64,000 bases of DNA from Rhina ancylostomus (Eukaryota): NCBI GenBank assembly GCA_030265395.1, contig JARFYF010000052.1, forward strand, positions 52,306,865 to 52,370,864, given 5' to 3'. Made by a program: the position numbers and the translations under genes. Below, in pieces: positions 49,521 to 61,269 of this stretch. Each line of letters opens with the position of its first letter. Position 1 is the stretch's first letter. Under the pieces are notes generated by a model that was given only the letters and a program-made list of their open reading frames with translations, ran no database searches and was not told the DNA's origin.

Positions 49521-50654
49521 GACCTCCAATATACCTGATAGTTTGTGCATTTCATAATGTTGCTACATGCAATGGGATATGTGTAAGGGTTACCCAGTAA
49601 CCTTGGACTATCACCTTGGACACTGGGCACTACTGAAATTTGCTCTGGCAGACCCATGACCAAGTTAATAGCTAGTTCACCATATAGAACTATTTCAAAT
49701 ACTTTCGCCATGCCAATAAACTTCTGGACAATTAAAATGATGAAGGTGTGGTCAGTGATCCCTGCTGTTAGATGTTAGGGAAGACTGCTTGATCCCATGT
49801 TAATGAGGTCGCTATGCAACCTTAGCATTTTGTTCAGCTCAAGGCTGAAATACCAAGCCCATATTTTCTCCATCACACAGTCCATCTTTGCCCTCTCGCT
49901 AGTTTCTTCTGCTTCTGCCCTACATATATTATGCTGAATTCTCATCCACGTTCTAATCGCCAATCCAATGAATTTTTGGCCAACGTCCCATTTGCCCATA
50001 ACCGATCTCATATCAAGTACTGCTTACCCACCATTTTGTTGTTACTGACCCACTTTGGCTGCTAGTCCTCTTAAAAAGAAAATTCAAGAGAATCCTTGAC
50101 TATGGACCTTTTCTTACAACCTTTCCCCTTCATATTTCTCTGAACTCCTCCAATCCTCCAACCAATCAAGAACTCTGTTCCTCTGACACTGGGCTTTTGC
50201 ACATCTCCTCCAACCTTGTCCCACAGCAATCCAGCTCTCCCTCATTCTATCCAGAAACTCCTTCATCTCTTGAACCCTTTTCCTCCTTAAAACCCATGAC
50301 TTTGTCAAATCTTTATACACTTCTCCTAAGGATTCAGCGTCATTTATATGCAATTAAACTTCTATGAAATCTATATTGCAACATTTTTCTCTGTTAAGTA
50401 TGTCATATAAATTCAAGTTATCTTTGATGTACAGCTTGTCTCAAAAATAATTAACTATTATCATGAAATTGGATAACCACAGCAATTGTGCTCCATGTAA
50501 GATTTTATTTTAATAATATTCTGATTTTATAAAACAAAACAGCCAGTATATTTTAGACAATGGGTAAAAAAAACTATCACAATAAATTTATTAAATAGTA
50601 TAACACCGTTTTTCATACATACAAGTTAATAAAATCCAACCTATTAGTGTACAA

Positions 50655-50890
50655 TTTAAGAAAAAGACTTCCATTTATACTGTAGCTTTCATGAAGTCAG
50701 GAAATCACTTTTCAGTGAATGAGGAGCTGCTGTGAGAAAAATATGGATCAAGGAGAACCACTCACCACTTCTTTGCAGTAGTGTCATCTTTTATGGCCAT
50801 CTGAGAAAGATGACAAGGTCTCAATTTAATAATGATACCACTGTTGATTATATAGCATCTTCTTGGTATTCAGTAGGAGGGTCAGCGACC
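50655..50890 (-). mobile_element. Deu-domain SINE fragment
   Basis: Reverse tail (aagacttccatttatactgtagctttcatgaagtcagg) and Deu core (gtagtgtcatcttttatggccatctgagaaagatgacaaggtctcaatttaa). Confidence 0.55.
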
Positions 50891-51472
50891 TTCTTTCATT
50901 ACTGCATTAAAATAACCCAACTTTTATCTACCACTAGGAAAATACCACATCAAACAGTTGGAAAAGGGGTTAATGCACAAATTATTTCAAGCCTCAAAAA
51001 TTCGATTAATGGGGATTCAGCACAGCTGGTGAGTTAGTTTGGATGCAATAAACAGCTAGTTGGAGGCTTTAAGAGGACCTTGGAACACACTGTAATAAAT
51101 CACTGGCTACATTAAAGCCCTCATCCCTCAACAAGTTACTTTTTCACTGATTTCCTTCTGTAAAGAGAGTTTTATGAGTAATGAGAACTTTTGTGCCTGC
51201 AGTTAGAATAAGGGCTAGAATTTTTTTCAGACAACTCAAAAAGCATCAGTGCTGTGTTATTGTCTCTTCATTTTTCAGTAGGGTTTTCAATCACCTGAAC
51301 TTGTCATGGTTCTGAGTTCTGGTCCTCAATTTGGCTCCATTAATGCCTTGTTGTCCAGCACATGGATTCCATNNNNNNNNNNNNNNNNNNNNNNNNNNNN
51401 NNNNNNNNNNNNNNNNNNNNNNNNNNNNNNNNNNNNNNNNNNNNNNNNNNNNNNNNNNNNNNNNNNNNNNNN

Positions 51473-51655
51473 GCCCCCTTTCCTGAAGTCAGTGACCAGC
51501 TCTTTTGTTTTGTTGACATTGAGGGAAAGGTTGTTGTCATGACACCATTGCACTAAGCTCTCTATCGCATCCTGTACCCCGACTCATTGTTGTTTGAGAT
51601 ATGGCCTACTACGGTGGTATCATCTACAAACTTGTAGATGGAGTTAGAGCAGAAT
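51473..51655 (-). mobile_element. Rex-Babar LINE fragment
   Basis: KFVDDTTVVG...WCHDNNLSLNVNKTKELVTDFRK. Confidence 0.85.
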
Positions 51656-51659
51656 AAAT

Positions 51660-54600
51660 GAATAAATTTTGGAGTCCATCCATCTGCTCCTTAAGTATTC
51701 ACCATTGCCAATCCACTGTCAATCCCATAAGTAACATTTCCACTCCATCTTGATTAACAAGCGCCTCGTACATTAAAATTTCCTTTATTTAAATTCTGAA
51801 CCTTAGATTCAGAATTCATATCATCACTCTTCATTGTAATGAAAGGTTTTATCATATTATGGTCATTCCTCTCCAATGGGCTTCATACAAACATATTGCT
51901 AATTAATCCTTTCTCATATGGATGATGAAAGTCATCTGAATACAGTTGTACCTTTACTGCATGCGTCTCTGGTTTCCTTGTTTAATAGCATACCCAATAT
52001 CAGCGCCAGTTTAGGGGTCTGCAAACAATTGCCACTAACATTTTTGCCCCTTGATGTTTCCAAGCTCTACCCCGGAGACAGCATGTCTTCCAAGCTGATG
52101 TTCTTCCTCACTGTTGTGTTAATCTCATCTTTAACTAGCACTGCTATCCCATCTCCTTTTAGTTTTTGCCTAATCTTCCTACATATTGAATGCCTCCCAT
52201 AGACATCATAGAGAGTCATCATGGAGTTATACGGCATGGAAACAGGCCCTTTACTCGTCCATGCTGACAGAGATGCTTATCTATGCTAATCCCATTTTCC
52301 TGTGTTTGGCTCATATCTCTCTATCCTTTCCCTATCCATGTACCTGTCCAAATGCTTTTTAATTGTACTTGCCTGTACTCTCCCTTCTATCAGCTTGTTC
52401 CATATACCCAACATCCTCTGTGTGGAAAAACCTGCCCCTAAGAACTCCTTTAAATATTTCTGCTCTTACCTTAAACCTATGTTCTCTAGTTTTAGACTCT
52501 CCTACCATTGGAAAAAGACAACATCCAGCCAAGTCACCGTAATCCCAGTTATATTATACCCATCTGATTTATGTGATTAATACACCTACCATGCTGTGAA
52601 TGCTCCCCAGATTAAGACACATAGCCTTCAGGATAGATTATTTCAGTATTCTTATTTTCTTTAGCATTTTTTTTTGCACTGTGGTCCTGTATGTTACTTG
52701 CCTTTGATTTCTCTCCCTTTCACTTCTTTTCTTGTCCTAGGTTCTATCCTTTTTTCCCCTTTAGAGTCATACATCACATAAACAGGCCATTTGGTCCACC
52801 ATGTCAATACCAACCATTAAGTACCCATCTATACTAATCCCATTTACCAGTACTTGGTCCATAGCCTTGGCAATTCAAATGCTCATCTAGATAGTTCTTC
52901 AATGTTGTGACAGTACCTGCCTCCATCATCCCCTCAGTCAGTGCATTCCAGATTCCATCTACTCTCTGGGTGGAAAAAAATTCCTCTTTACATCCCCTCT
53001 ATGCTCTCTAGTGTTAGATACCTCTGCCACAGGGAAGAATTTCCTACTATCTACCCCATCTATGCCCCTCATAATTTTTATACCTTTATCAGGTCCCTGT
53101 GCTCAGCCTCTTCTTCTCCAGGAAAAACAAATCCTTCCTATCCAGACTCTCTGCATAACTTAAATGTCCCATCCCAAGAAACATCCTCTAAATCCTTCTG
53201 CATCCTCTCTGGTCCTTCCTATACTGTGCCGATGAGAAATGAACACAGTACTACAGCTGTGGTCTAACCAATGGTTTATAAAGATGTACTGTAAATTCCC
53301 TTCTCTTATACTCTATGCCCCAGCTAATGAAGGCAAGTATAACGGTATGCCTTATTCATCACATTATGAACCTGTGCTGCCACCTTCAGGGATCCTTAGA
53401 CTTGTACACCCAGGTATCTTTGTTCCTCAATACTCCCTAGGGTTCTATCATTCACTGTGCATGTTCTACCCTCATTAGTTCTCCCAAAGTGCATTGTATT
53501 TCACTTATCAGGATTAAATTCCATCAGCCATTACTTGGCCTATAGACTAGCTTTATCACTATCAACAACATCATCAATTTACTTATCTGGGAATTTACCA
53601 ATCTAATCTCCTACATTCATATCCAAATCATTAATACACATAGCAAACAGTAAGGGTGTTAGCACTGATCACGGTGGTACACCATTGGTCACAGGCTTCC
53701 AATCAAAAAAAAGATCCACACAATACCCTCATCAATACGTTTTGTTACCATTTTGAAAAATTTCATACAAATTAGTTAGACAAGATCTACCACTAACAAA
53801 CCTATGTTGATTATTAAGTACTCCAACTTTAGGTATTTTACTCATTCTTTCTGTGTGCGCCAGAAGTAGCCATTACAGCCTATCACTTAAGCTCAATTTT
53901 TAACCTTTTTTCTGCTGATATAGTCTGGCCTGCTGGACACATCCCTCAGCATAACCGCCGGTAACACATTATACAGACAACAATGCATAACCTGCAACTT
54001 AAGTCATTTGACCACCTTGCACTAAAATAGACATTGATTTTTTTGTTCTAGTTGTGTTCTTTCTTGTAAAAAAAGTGTATAATTTATATTTAAATATTTT
54101 ATTTGTGAATGCCTATGATGCTGCTGCATAAGTTTTTCATTGCACCTGTACATACATATACTTGTGCATATGAAAATAAACTCAACTTTGACTTTTGATG
54201 TTGACTTTGATCCCATCCTATCAGATATATTCCCTTTGTTTTAACCATTCCTGACCAACCTTCCCTGCTACTGAAAACTAACTTTTTTTTTCACTTTTTC
54301 CCCATTCTGATGAAGGGTCCTGGATCTGAAATGTTAACTGTTTCTTTTTCCACCAATGCTACCTGACCTGTTAAGTGTTTCCAACATTTCTTGTTTTTAT
54401 TCACATGGACTATCTTGCCTCCCATGGCAGCCTGGAATGTGTCTTGGGCATTTATCTACCTTTATTCCCACAAAGAATTCTAATACTTCTTTTTTGATGA
54501 TAAAATGTTCTCGAATTTCACTATCCCCTTCCCTGAATTCTTCAACTACAACATCTTTCTCCTTAAATGAATATTTCTCATCTGTATTCATAAAGACTTC

Positions 54601-54700
54601 AACTTTGTTCTCTGCCTCCATGCACAGACTGTCCCTTTGGTTCCTAGTAGACCCTTCTCTTTCCTTGGTTATCCTTCCACCTCCTTGCATAGGTTAATAT
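51660..54700 (-). mobile_element. Patchwork of CR1 LINE fragments with nested 3' tails and a Penelope terminal repeat (54200-54400)
   Basis: CR1 tails (gaaacaggccctt at ~52240; aacaggccatttggtccacc at ~52780), an RT region at 52900-53720, and QRDSLCMEAE...EEFREGDSEI...GIKVDKCP at 54400-54690. Confidence 0.7.
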
Positions 54701-54759
54701 TCACCAATTACTTTAGCCAACACACTGCCCCCCACCCACGTACATCGCCCCCCCCCCGC

Positions 54760-55173
54760 CTGCAAAATGTTCTGCATGTACCAATCCCACCTTCCCCAAG
54801 GCTCGTTCCAATATCCCAGGAATCTAATCCTTCTTACACTTTCTCCAACCACATTTATCTACCTCTCTCCCTTTTCTGATCTGTCTCCATCTCAGGAAAC
54901 AGATTATCCACTGGTATCTACTACAAACCAACTGACTCCCACAGCTACCTTGACTACACGTCCTCCCACCCCGTCACTTGCAAGGACACCATTCATTATT
55001 CTCAGATCCCCCGTCTCTGCCGCATCTGTTCTCAAGATGAGGCCTTCCGCTCCAGAACATTTGAGATGTCCTTTTTCAGAAGCCCACACACTCCTCCCAA
55101 CAGTTCCCCTCCCCCCCTCCCTCCCTTTATTCCATGCTCCACCATCCTCTCCGATTGAATTCCATCATCTTTA
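54760..55173 (+). mobile_element. Penelope-like RT fragment
   Basis: IYYKPTDSHSYLDYTSSHPVTCKDTI...LRLCRICS-like sequence (atctactacaaaccaactgactcccacagctaccttgactacacgtcctcccaccc). Confidence 0.85.
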
Positions 55174-55614
55174 NNNNNNNNNNNNNNNNNNNNNNNNNNN
55201 NNNNNNNNNNNNNNNNNNNNNNNNNNNNNNNNNNNNNNNNNNNNNNNNNNNNNNNNNNNNNNNNNNNNNNNNNNNNNNNNNNNNNNNNNNNNNNNNNNNN
55301 NNNNNNNNNNNNNNNNNNNNNNNNNNNNNNNNNNNNNNNNNNNNNNNNNNNNNNNNNNNNNNNNNNNNNNNNNNNNNNNNNNNNNNNNNNNNNNNNNNNN
55401 NNNNNNNNNNNNNNNNNNNNNNNNNNNTTCCTATTTTCACTCGGGTCACGGCACAGCACCACCAACCCTTGGATTTCGACGTCCTATTTCCTAATTTAGC
55501 CCTTCTCCTCAAATTCATCAGCAGATTGAATACATCTTTGTTCAACACATGCAACAAAGCAACTTTGTTTTACCTTCCCCACTTTTACCTACGCTAATGA
55601 CAGAGCAAAGCCAA

Positions 55615-55712
55615 GCACGCAAACACCATACCGGCGAGACCCGGTGTCAGGATCGAACCACCATCCCCGGCGCTACAAGGCGGCGGCGGCATCTACCGCT
55701 GCGCCACCGGAC
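55615..55712 (-). mobile_element. tRNA-derived SINE head (HE1-like) with intact Pol III A and B boxes, inside the PPWD1 CpG island
   Basis: Minus strand reads GGTGGCGCAGCGGTAGATGCCGCCGCCGCCTTGTAGCGCCGGGGATGGTGGTTCGATCCTGACACCGGGTCTCGCCGGTATGGTGTTTGCG. A box TGGCGCAGCGG at 55706-55696, B box GGTTCGATCC at 55659-55650. Colinear with the SINE heads at 30140 and 37025. Confidence 0.75.
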
Positions 55713-55831
55713 CAGCCCCGCCCCGCCCCCGGCCTAGCGTCGCGCTATTCTGACGCTCACCACCGCTCGGACCGGGCTAACTTCTCCAAGCCAATCGCGC
55801 TGAAGGTGGGAGGTTACAACGTAGCCGCAAC

Positions 55832-55949
55832 ATGGAGGCGCCGACGAAGAGGCGAGGGTGCTCGGGGGACGGGAGTGGGCCGGAGTCGGCGGACGACGAG
55901 TGGGTGGGACCGCTCCCCTCCCAGGCCCTCCGCGTAAAGAAGAGGAAAG
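55832..55949 (+). CDS. PPWD1: PPWD1 coding exon 1, 118 nt
   Basis: gcaacATGG start context. Translates MEAPTKRRGCSGDGSGPESADDEWVGPLPSQALRVKKRK with the conserved WVGPLP...KKRK motif; donor AAA G|gtaacg. Confidence 0.92.
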
Positions 55950-56639
55950 GTAACGTGCTGCACGACCCGCCCTCGATCATCACCCGCGACCGTATGTGGC
56001 GAGAGGAAGTGCCTGGACTGCAGAAGGAGCAGCGTCGGTCAAAACATCTGTGATGAATGATCACATCTGTCGTAATGATGGGTGGGGAATCGATTTTGTT
56101 CAAGGGCACCTGGGAGAAACTCGCCAGATGCTCTTTCCACCACACCTGCTGATAGTAGACAGGGCTCTGTTGCAAGGGTGGGAGGTAGGACATGGAACAG
56201 TATAGCAGAGGAACAGGCCCTTCGGCCCACGATGTCTGGGCCGAGCTTAATGCCAAATTGAACTAACCCCTTCTGCCTGCACATGATCCATAATCCCTCT
56301 GTTGCCGGGGATAGGTTTTTGGTTAATTGGTAGGACCCGCTTACTGCCAGTCCAATAGTGGAGGAGAGTACAGAAGATATGGGGTCTTATTACCTTGGCT
56401 GAATTCTTTTTGGATATTTCCTTGGGGGTCGTGGACGACTTGCTTCTACTGTGGTTTTGTGGCTCCGAAGTGACTGATGAGGCCATTGTAGAACAACAGA
56501 CTCGCCCACAGATGGGTCAGGAGGTGCCTGACAGGGATGATGGCTGGTCAGTTTGTGGGGTGGTGTGCTCTTTCTGTCATTTACATTAAACACAAGAAAA
56601 TAAGCCATCAAACCAGCCCTGCCATTTAATATGAATATA

Positions 56640-57245
56640 AAAGATTGAGAATATAATAGGCATTGAGTATAAAAGTTGGGAGGTCATGTTACAGTTGTTC
56701 AGGACACTAGTGAGGCAGCACGGAGTATTGTGTACAGGGTTGGTTGCCCTGCCATTGGACAGATGTCATTAAACAGGAAAGATGTTATTAAATTGGAAAG
56801 ATTGCTGAAAAGATTTACAAGGATACTGCCAGGACTTGAGGGACTGAGTTATAGGGAGAGGTTAGACAGGTAGGACTTTATTCCTTAGAGTGCAGGAGAA
56901 TGAGAGGTGATCTAATAGAGGTGTATAAAATCATGAGGGGCATAGATAGGGGAATACACTCAGTCTTTTTCCCAGAGTTGGGGTATCAAGAACTAGAGGG
57001 CACAAGTTTAAGGTGAGAGGTGAAAGATTTAAGAGGAACTTGAGGGGTAACTTTTTTATACTATGTGGAATCAGCAGCCAGAGGAAGTGATGTGTACAAT
57101 AACAACTTTTAAAAGACAGTTGGACAGGTACATGGATTGGAAAGGTTTAGAAGGTTATGGGCCAAACACTGGATGGGGCATCTTGGTCAGCATGGACCAG
57201 TTGGGCTAAAGGGCCTGTATGCGTGCTATGTATCTCTATGACTGC
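56640..57245 (+). mobile_element. CR1 LINE 3' fragment in PPWD1 intron 1
   Basis: RKDVIKLERLLKRFTRILPGLEGLSYRERLDR, with tail gggctaaagggcctgtatgcgtgctatgtatctctatg. Confidence 0.88.
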
Positions 57246-58067
57246 GGCTGATCTATGATAGCCTCCACTCCCCTTCTATGCTAGTTCCCCACAGCCCTCA
57301 ATTCTTGATCTTTCAAAAATTCATCAACCTTCACTTTACTTTCATTGATCCAGCCTCCACAGCTCTCTGGGGTAGAGAATTCCAAAGATTCACCACCCTC
57401 TGCACCTCTGTTTTAGATGACAGGCCCCTTGTAACTATGACTCCTTGTTTAAGACTCTGCCTCCTGGCAACTTTGTGCTGATGCATAATCTTGTCATTCC
57501 CAAAATCATCCCAGGTGATTTTCCATTTTGATCAGTCATGATCCAGAGATTCCCAGGAATGAATGAGGATGCTGCATTTCTGCAAGGAGATCTTCAATCT
57601 TTTTACCTGGTAATATCTTCCTTTAACAGAGGTCAGACTAGATTCTGTTTCTGGTGTTGGATATGCAAACAACATAGCTTGTCCAATGTATCTAAGTGTA
57701 ACTGGGCTTTTAAGTATTGGAATGATGCTATTGTTTATGCAAACCCTTGTATATTTATATCACTCCATGTAAATAGCTCTAAAGAAATGAATTTAAAATG
57801 CACAATGTAAGTTTGTGCCATTATGAGGGAAATGGCAAGCAGCAATGAGAAATGGCGCATGTAAGGGAAGAATGATTATACAAAGATTGTGGGAAAGCTT
57901 GTAATAAGTCACAGTGAGCTGACCTTTCTGGAGCTTCATTTGATTAAAGCAATAACAGCCAGATATTAAGATTTTAAAATTTTTGGTTATTAAGCCAAAA
58001 AAGAGATTCTGAGGAGTAACTGAAAGCTTGTCAAAGAGAGTTGTTTGAAGAACTAGTAGCTTCAAAT

Positions 58068-58117
58068 AATAAGTCACCAAGACTTAACTAATATCAGCTA
58101 AGTCTTGGTGACTTATT
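58068..58117. repeat. 50-bp near-perfect palindrome
   Basis: AATAAGTCACCAAGACTTA-actaatatcagc-TAAGTCTTGGTGACTTATT: perfect 19-bp arms, and the spacer itself pairs except at two positions. Confidence 0.95.
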
Positions 58118-58671
58118 GCTAGGCTGATGTAGGATGGAATTGTAGAAAAGTATTTGGAGGTAAATAGAAAAGTACATTAAAAGGACACAGTTTGTCCTAA
58201 CCAGGGATCTATCATTACATTATTTTATGTAGCTGTTTTTTTCCCCTTTTGAAATTCAGCCTTTAACTCAGACCTTAAACTGAGTTTAATATGATCATAA
58301 CTGACACATGAATGATAGCGAAATGGAAGGCTACGTGGGAGGGAAGGGTTCGATAGATCTTGGAGCAGGATAAAATGTTGGCACAATGTTGTGGGCTGAA
58401 GGGCCTGTACTGTGCTGTAGTGTTCTATGTTCTATAAGTGAGTTGAACCTCCAGTTTGGCAAACAAGGGCATACAAAAATGGGATTGTGTCTTTCCTTTT
58501 TAAACTGGATTTCTTTTGAGGTTTGTAGAGAATTGATTAAAATATTTAGTTCCTAAATTATCAACTTGATAATTTGCATAACTTGACCCATTTGTGAATA
58601 TTTGTTATAATGAATTATTTAATATATCTGTTAAGGTTAAAAATGAATATTTTTTTTCTTTCCCTTCCTAG

Positions 58672-58774
58672 TTCTTGATTTTGAGCATGTGTATCTGGAT
58701 AACTTGCCCAGTGCTTCAATGTATGAACGTAGCTATATGCACAGAGATGTTATAACACACATAGTGTGCACCCG
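58672..58774 (+). CDS. PPWD1: PPWD1 coding exon 2, 103 nt, phase 1 to 2
   Basis: Polypyrimidine acceptor ttttctttcccttcctag|, donor CG|gtaaga. Translates (V)[33 protein letters not shown](R). Not in the ORF track. Confidence 0.97.
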
Positions 58775-58949
58775 GTAAGACTTGCTTTCATTTTATTTCA
58801 AGTAGAAAACAAACTGAAATTGATATAAAACTGAAGTGTTTTTATGTTTACTGGTGTAGAATATTAATGATGTAGAACATTTGTTGTTTGCTACTGTAGG
58901 ACATTTATATTGGGAGTTTCCGTTGCTAAAGTAAATTGGTCCTTCCTGA

Positions 58950-59790
58950 GAGAGAATGTCTAGGGTGGGTGAGATCTTTGATTATGCTGGCTGCTTTACC
59001 GAGGCAGCGAGAAGTATAGACAGAGTCCATGGCGGAGAGGCTAGTTTCTGTGATGTCCTGAGCTGTGTCCACAACTCTCTGCAGTTTCTTGCGGTCATGG
59101 GCAGAGCAGTTGCTTTCTTTGGTGCATCGATTAAAAAATTGGTGAGGGCCAAAGGGGGCATTCCAAATTTCTTTAGCCCCTGAGGAAGTAGAGGCATTGG
59201 TGAGCTTTCTTGGCTGTGGTGTCTATGTGGTTTAATCAAAAGAGGCTATTGGTGATGTTCACTATGAGGAACTTGAAGCTCTCAACCCTCAGCACTACTG
59301 ATGCAGATAGGAGTATGTGCACCGCAACCCTTCCTGAAGTCAGTGACGAGCTCTTTAGTTTTGCTGACATTGAGGGAAAGGTTGTTGTCATGACACCATG
59401 TCAGTTGTCTCTCTCTCTCTCTCCCTCTCTCCCTCTCTCTCTCTCTCTCCCCCTCTCCCCCTCTCCCCCTNNNNNNNNNNNNNNNNNNNNNNNNNNNNNN
59501 NNNNNNNNNNNNNNNNNNNNNNNNNNNNNNNNNNNNNNNNNNNNNNNNNNNNNNNNNNNNNNNNNNNNNNNNNNNNNNNNNNNNNNNNNNNNNNNNNNNN
59601 NNNAGTGGAAGAGGCATTGCTGCCTATCCTTACTGATTGAGGTCAAGGATCCTGTTGCAAAGGGAGGTGTTGAGTCCCGGGTCTAGGATTTTGGAGATGA
59701 CTTTGCTTGGAATTTTGGTATTGAAGGTGGAGCTGTAGTCACTGAACAATAGTCTGATGTAGATGTATTTACTGTCCAGATGCTTCAGAG
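58950..59790 (-). mobile_element. Rex-Babar LINE fragment interrupted by a (CT)n tract and gap
   Basis: WCHDNNLSLNVSKTKELVTDFRK and LKKFGMPPLALTNF. Near-identical in part to 49135-49520 and 51473-51655. Confidence 0.85.
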
Positions 59791-61269
59791 ACTAATGTTG
59801 GCTCTGTTCACTAGAAAGGCTTCTGTTATCAGGCAGCACCTTCCCTTAACAAATCTGTGCCTATTATTGGGGGTTTAGCTCTGTCCCTTAAAATGAATTT
59901 CAATTCGTTACCCATCACCAAATGGCCTGTAATACTCAGTTTATCTCTTTTTAAGTAATAGTACCATGTATTCTCACACTCTGCAACACTTTTGGTGGGG
60001 GGATTGAAATTCATTGGGTTACACATGGGACTGTTCCTTAGCTTGTCTCCTCTCTCACTGCTCGATCATTGATGTCACTTGTAATGGCATTTTGTATTCT
60101 AACTGTAAGCATCAATTCACATTGTTGTTTTTTCATACTCAGTTGTTCATAGTTCATCATACTCATCAATTCACATGGTTGTTTTTGCCCTACTTAGCCA
60201 TGTTTCCTGACTTCCATTCCTCTGGTACATTACATTTAAAATTTTTTAGCTGAGTTCCTTCATTGTCTTCTCTTACTTTAAGTCCTCTAGTCCTTTAGAC
60301 CTGCTCTTTTATGGATCCTCTGTAACTACATCTTACAGGCATTTGAAAACCACAGCTCCTGCTATTTTCTCTGCCTGTCAAGTCCTCCATGACTTCAAAC
60401 TGAGCTTGGAATTGTACCTCAGCCCACGTCTTTTCCTCTTCCATGATTCAGTATCCTGTGCTGTTTCATTCCATTTTCATCTTCCTTTCTCCAGCCCCTT
60501 GATCAGTGTTTTATGCACTGCTACTTGCTTTAGAAGGATTGTATAAAGGCAGATTATTTGGTACAAAGCCCATACTGTATAGCCTCTCTTTTCCCATATC
60601 TGCAACAACTGATTCCAGATTAGCATTTGTCTGATCCTGAAGATTTATTTTTCAAAACATAAAATTACATGGGTTGCTAGGAAGGAATAGTGAAAGGATT
60701 GGGAAAAGGGGAATGACCTGAGTGAGGGGGGAATGCTACCCCAAGCCAATCTCCCTGACAGCCTCACTGCCCACAGCAGCATCCTAGTGACCAGAGCATG
60801 CCTTAAGGAAATGTGTCTCACTGATGGCAAAGTTTTCTTGGGTGGAGAGCAATTGGAAGCATAGGGTAGAGGAAAGGAAAGGTGCAGAGGGAGGCATGAA
60901 GAAGAGGGAAAGAGAGTTGTGGGGGGTGCCCAGTGCATGGAAAAGCAGCCCGAGCACAAAGAATAAGGAGTGGGGTGTAGGAGCTGGAAAGAAGGGTGTC
61001 TAAGGGAGGGTGGAAGGAGATAGAGATCAGGGGAACACTGAATAAGAAAAGATTTTGTCATGGAAAGGATTGACAATGAGAGGGTTTGATGGGTGGTGTG
61101 GCGAGGATATCTGTGTCCGTTTATCTGTATGCCTATCTATCCGTGTGTGTGTGTGTTGTCATCCATAGAGCAGAGCCTGGCCTCTAGTCATCTTGGATTA
61201 GCTTGTCACTGGACTAGTCCTTGTCAAGTCTGTGCAGTAACTGGTGTGCAGCAGCTATCCTGCGTTAAA

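Larger units (their letters stand above)
55600..56045. promoter_or_regulatory. CpG island / PPWD1 promoter
   Basis: Sharp GC- and CpG-rich island spanning exon 1, with tandem GC boxes (ccccgccccgccccc at ~55716-55730), CCAAT at 55791 and no TATA. Typical housekeeping or bidirectional architecture. Confidence 0.85.

Noticed and set aside
55640-55712. Possible tRNA gene (A and B boxes present)
   Set aside because: No acceptor-stem closure, anticodon arm or oligo-T terminator, and it continues into SINE body sequence, so it is called as a SINE head.
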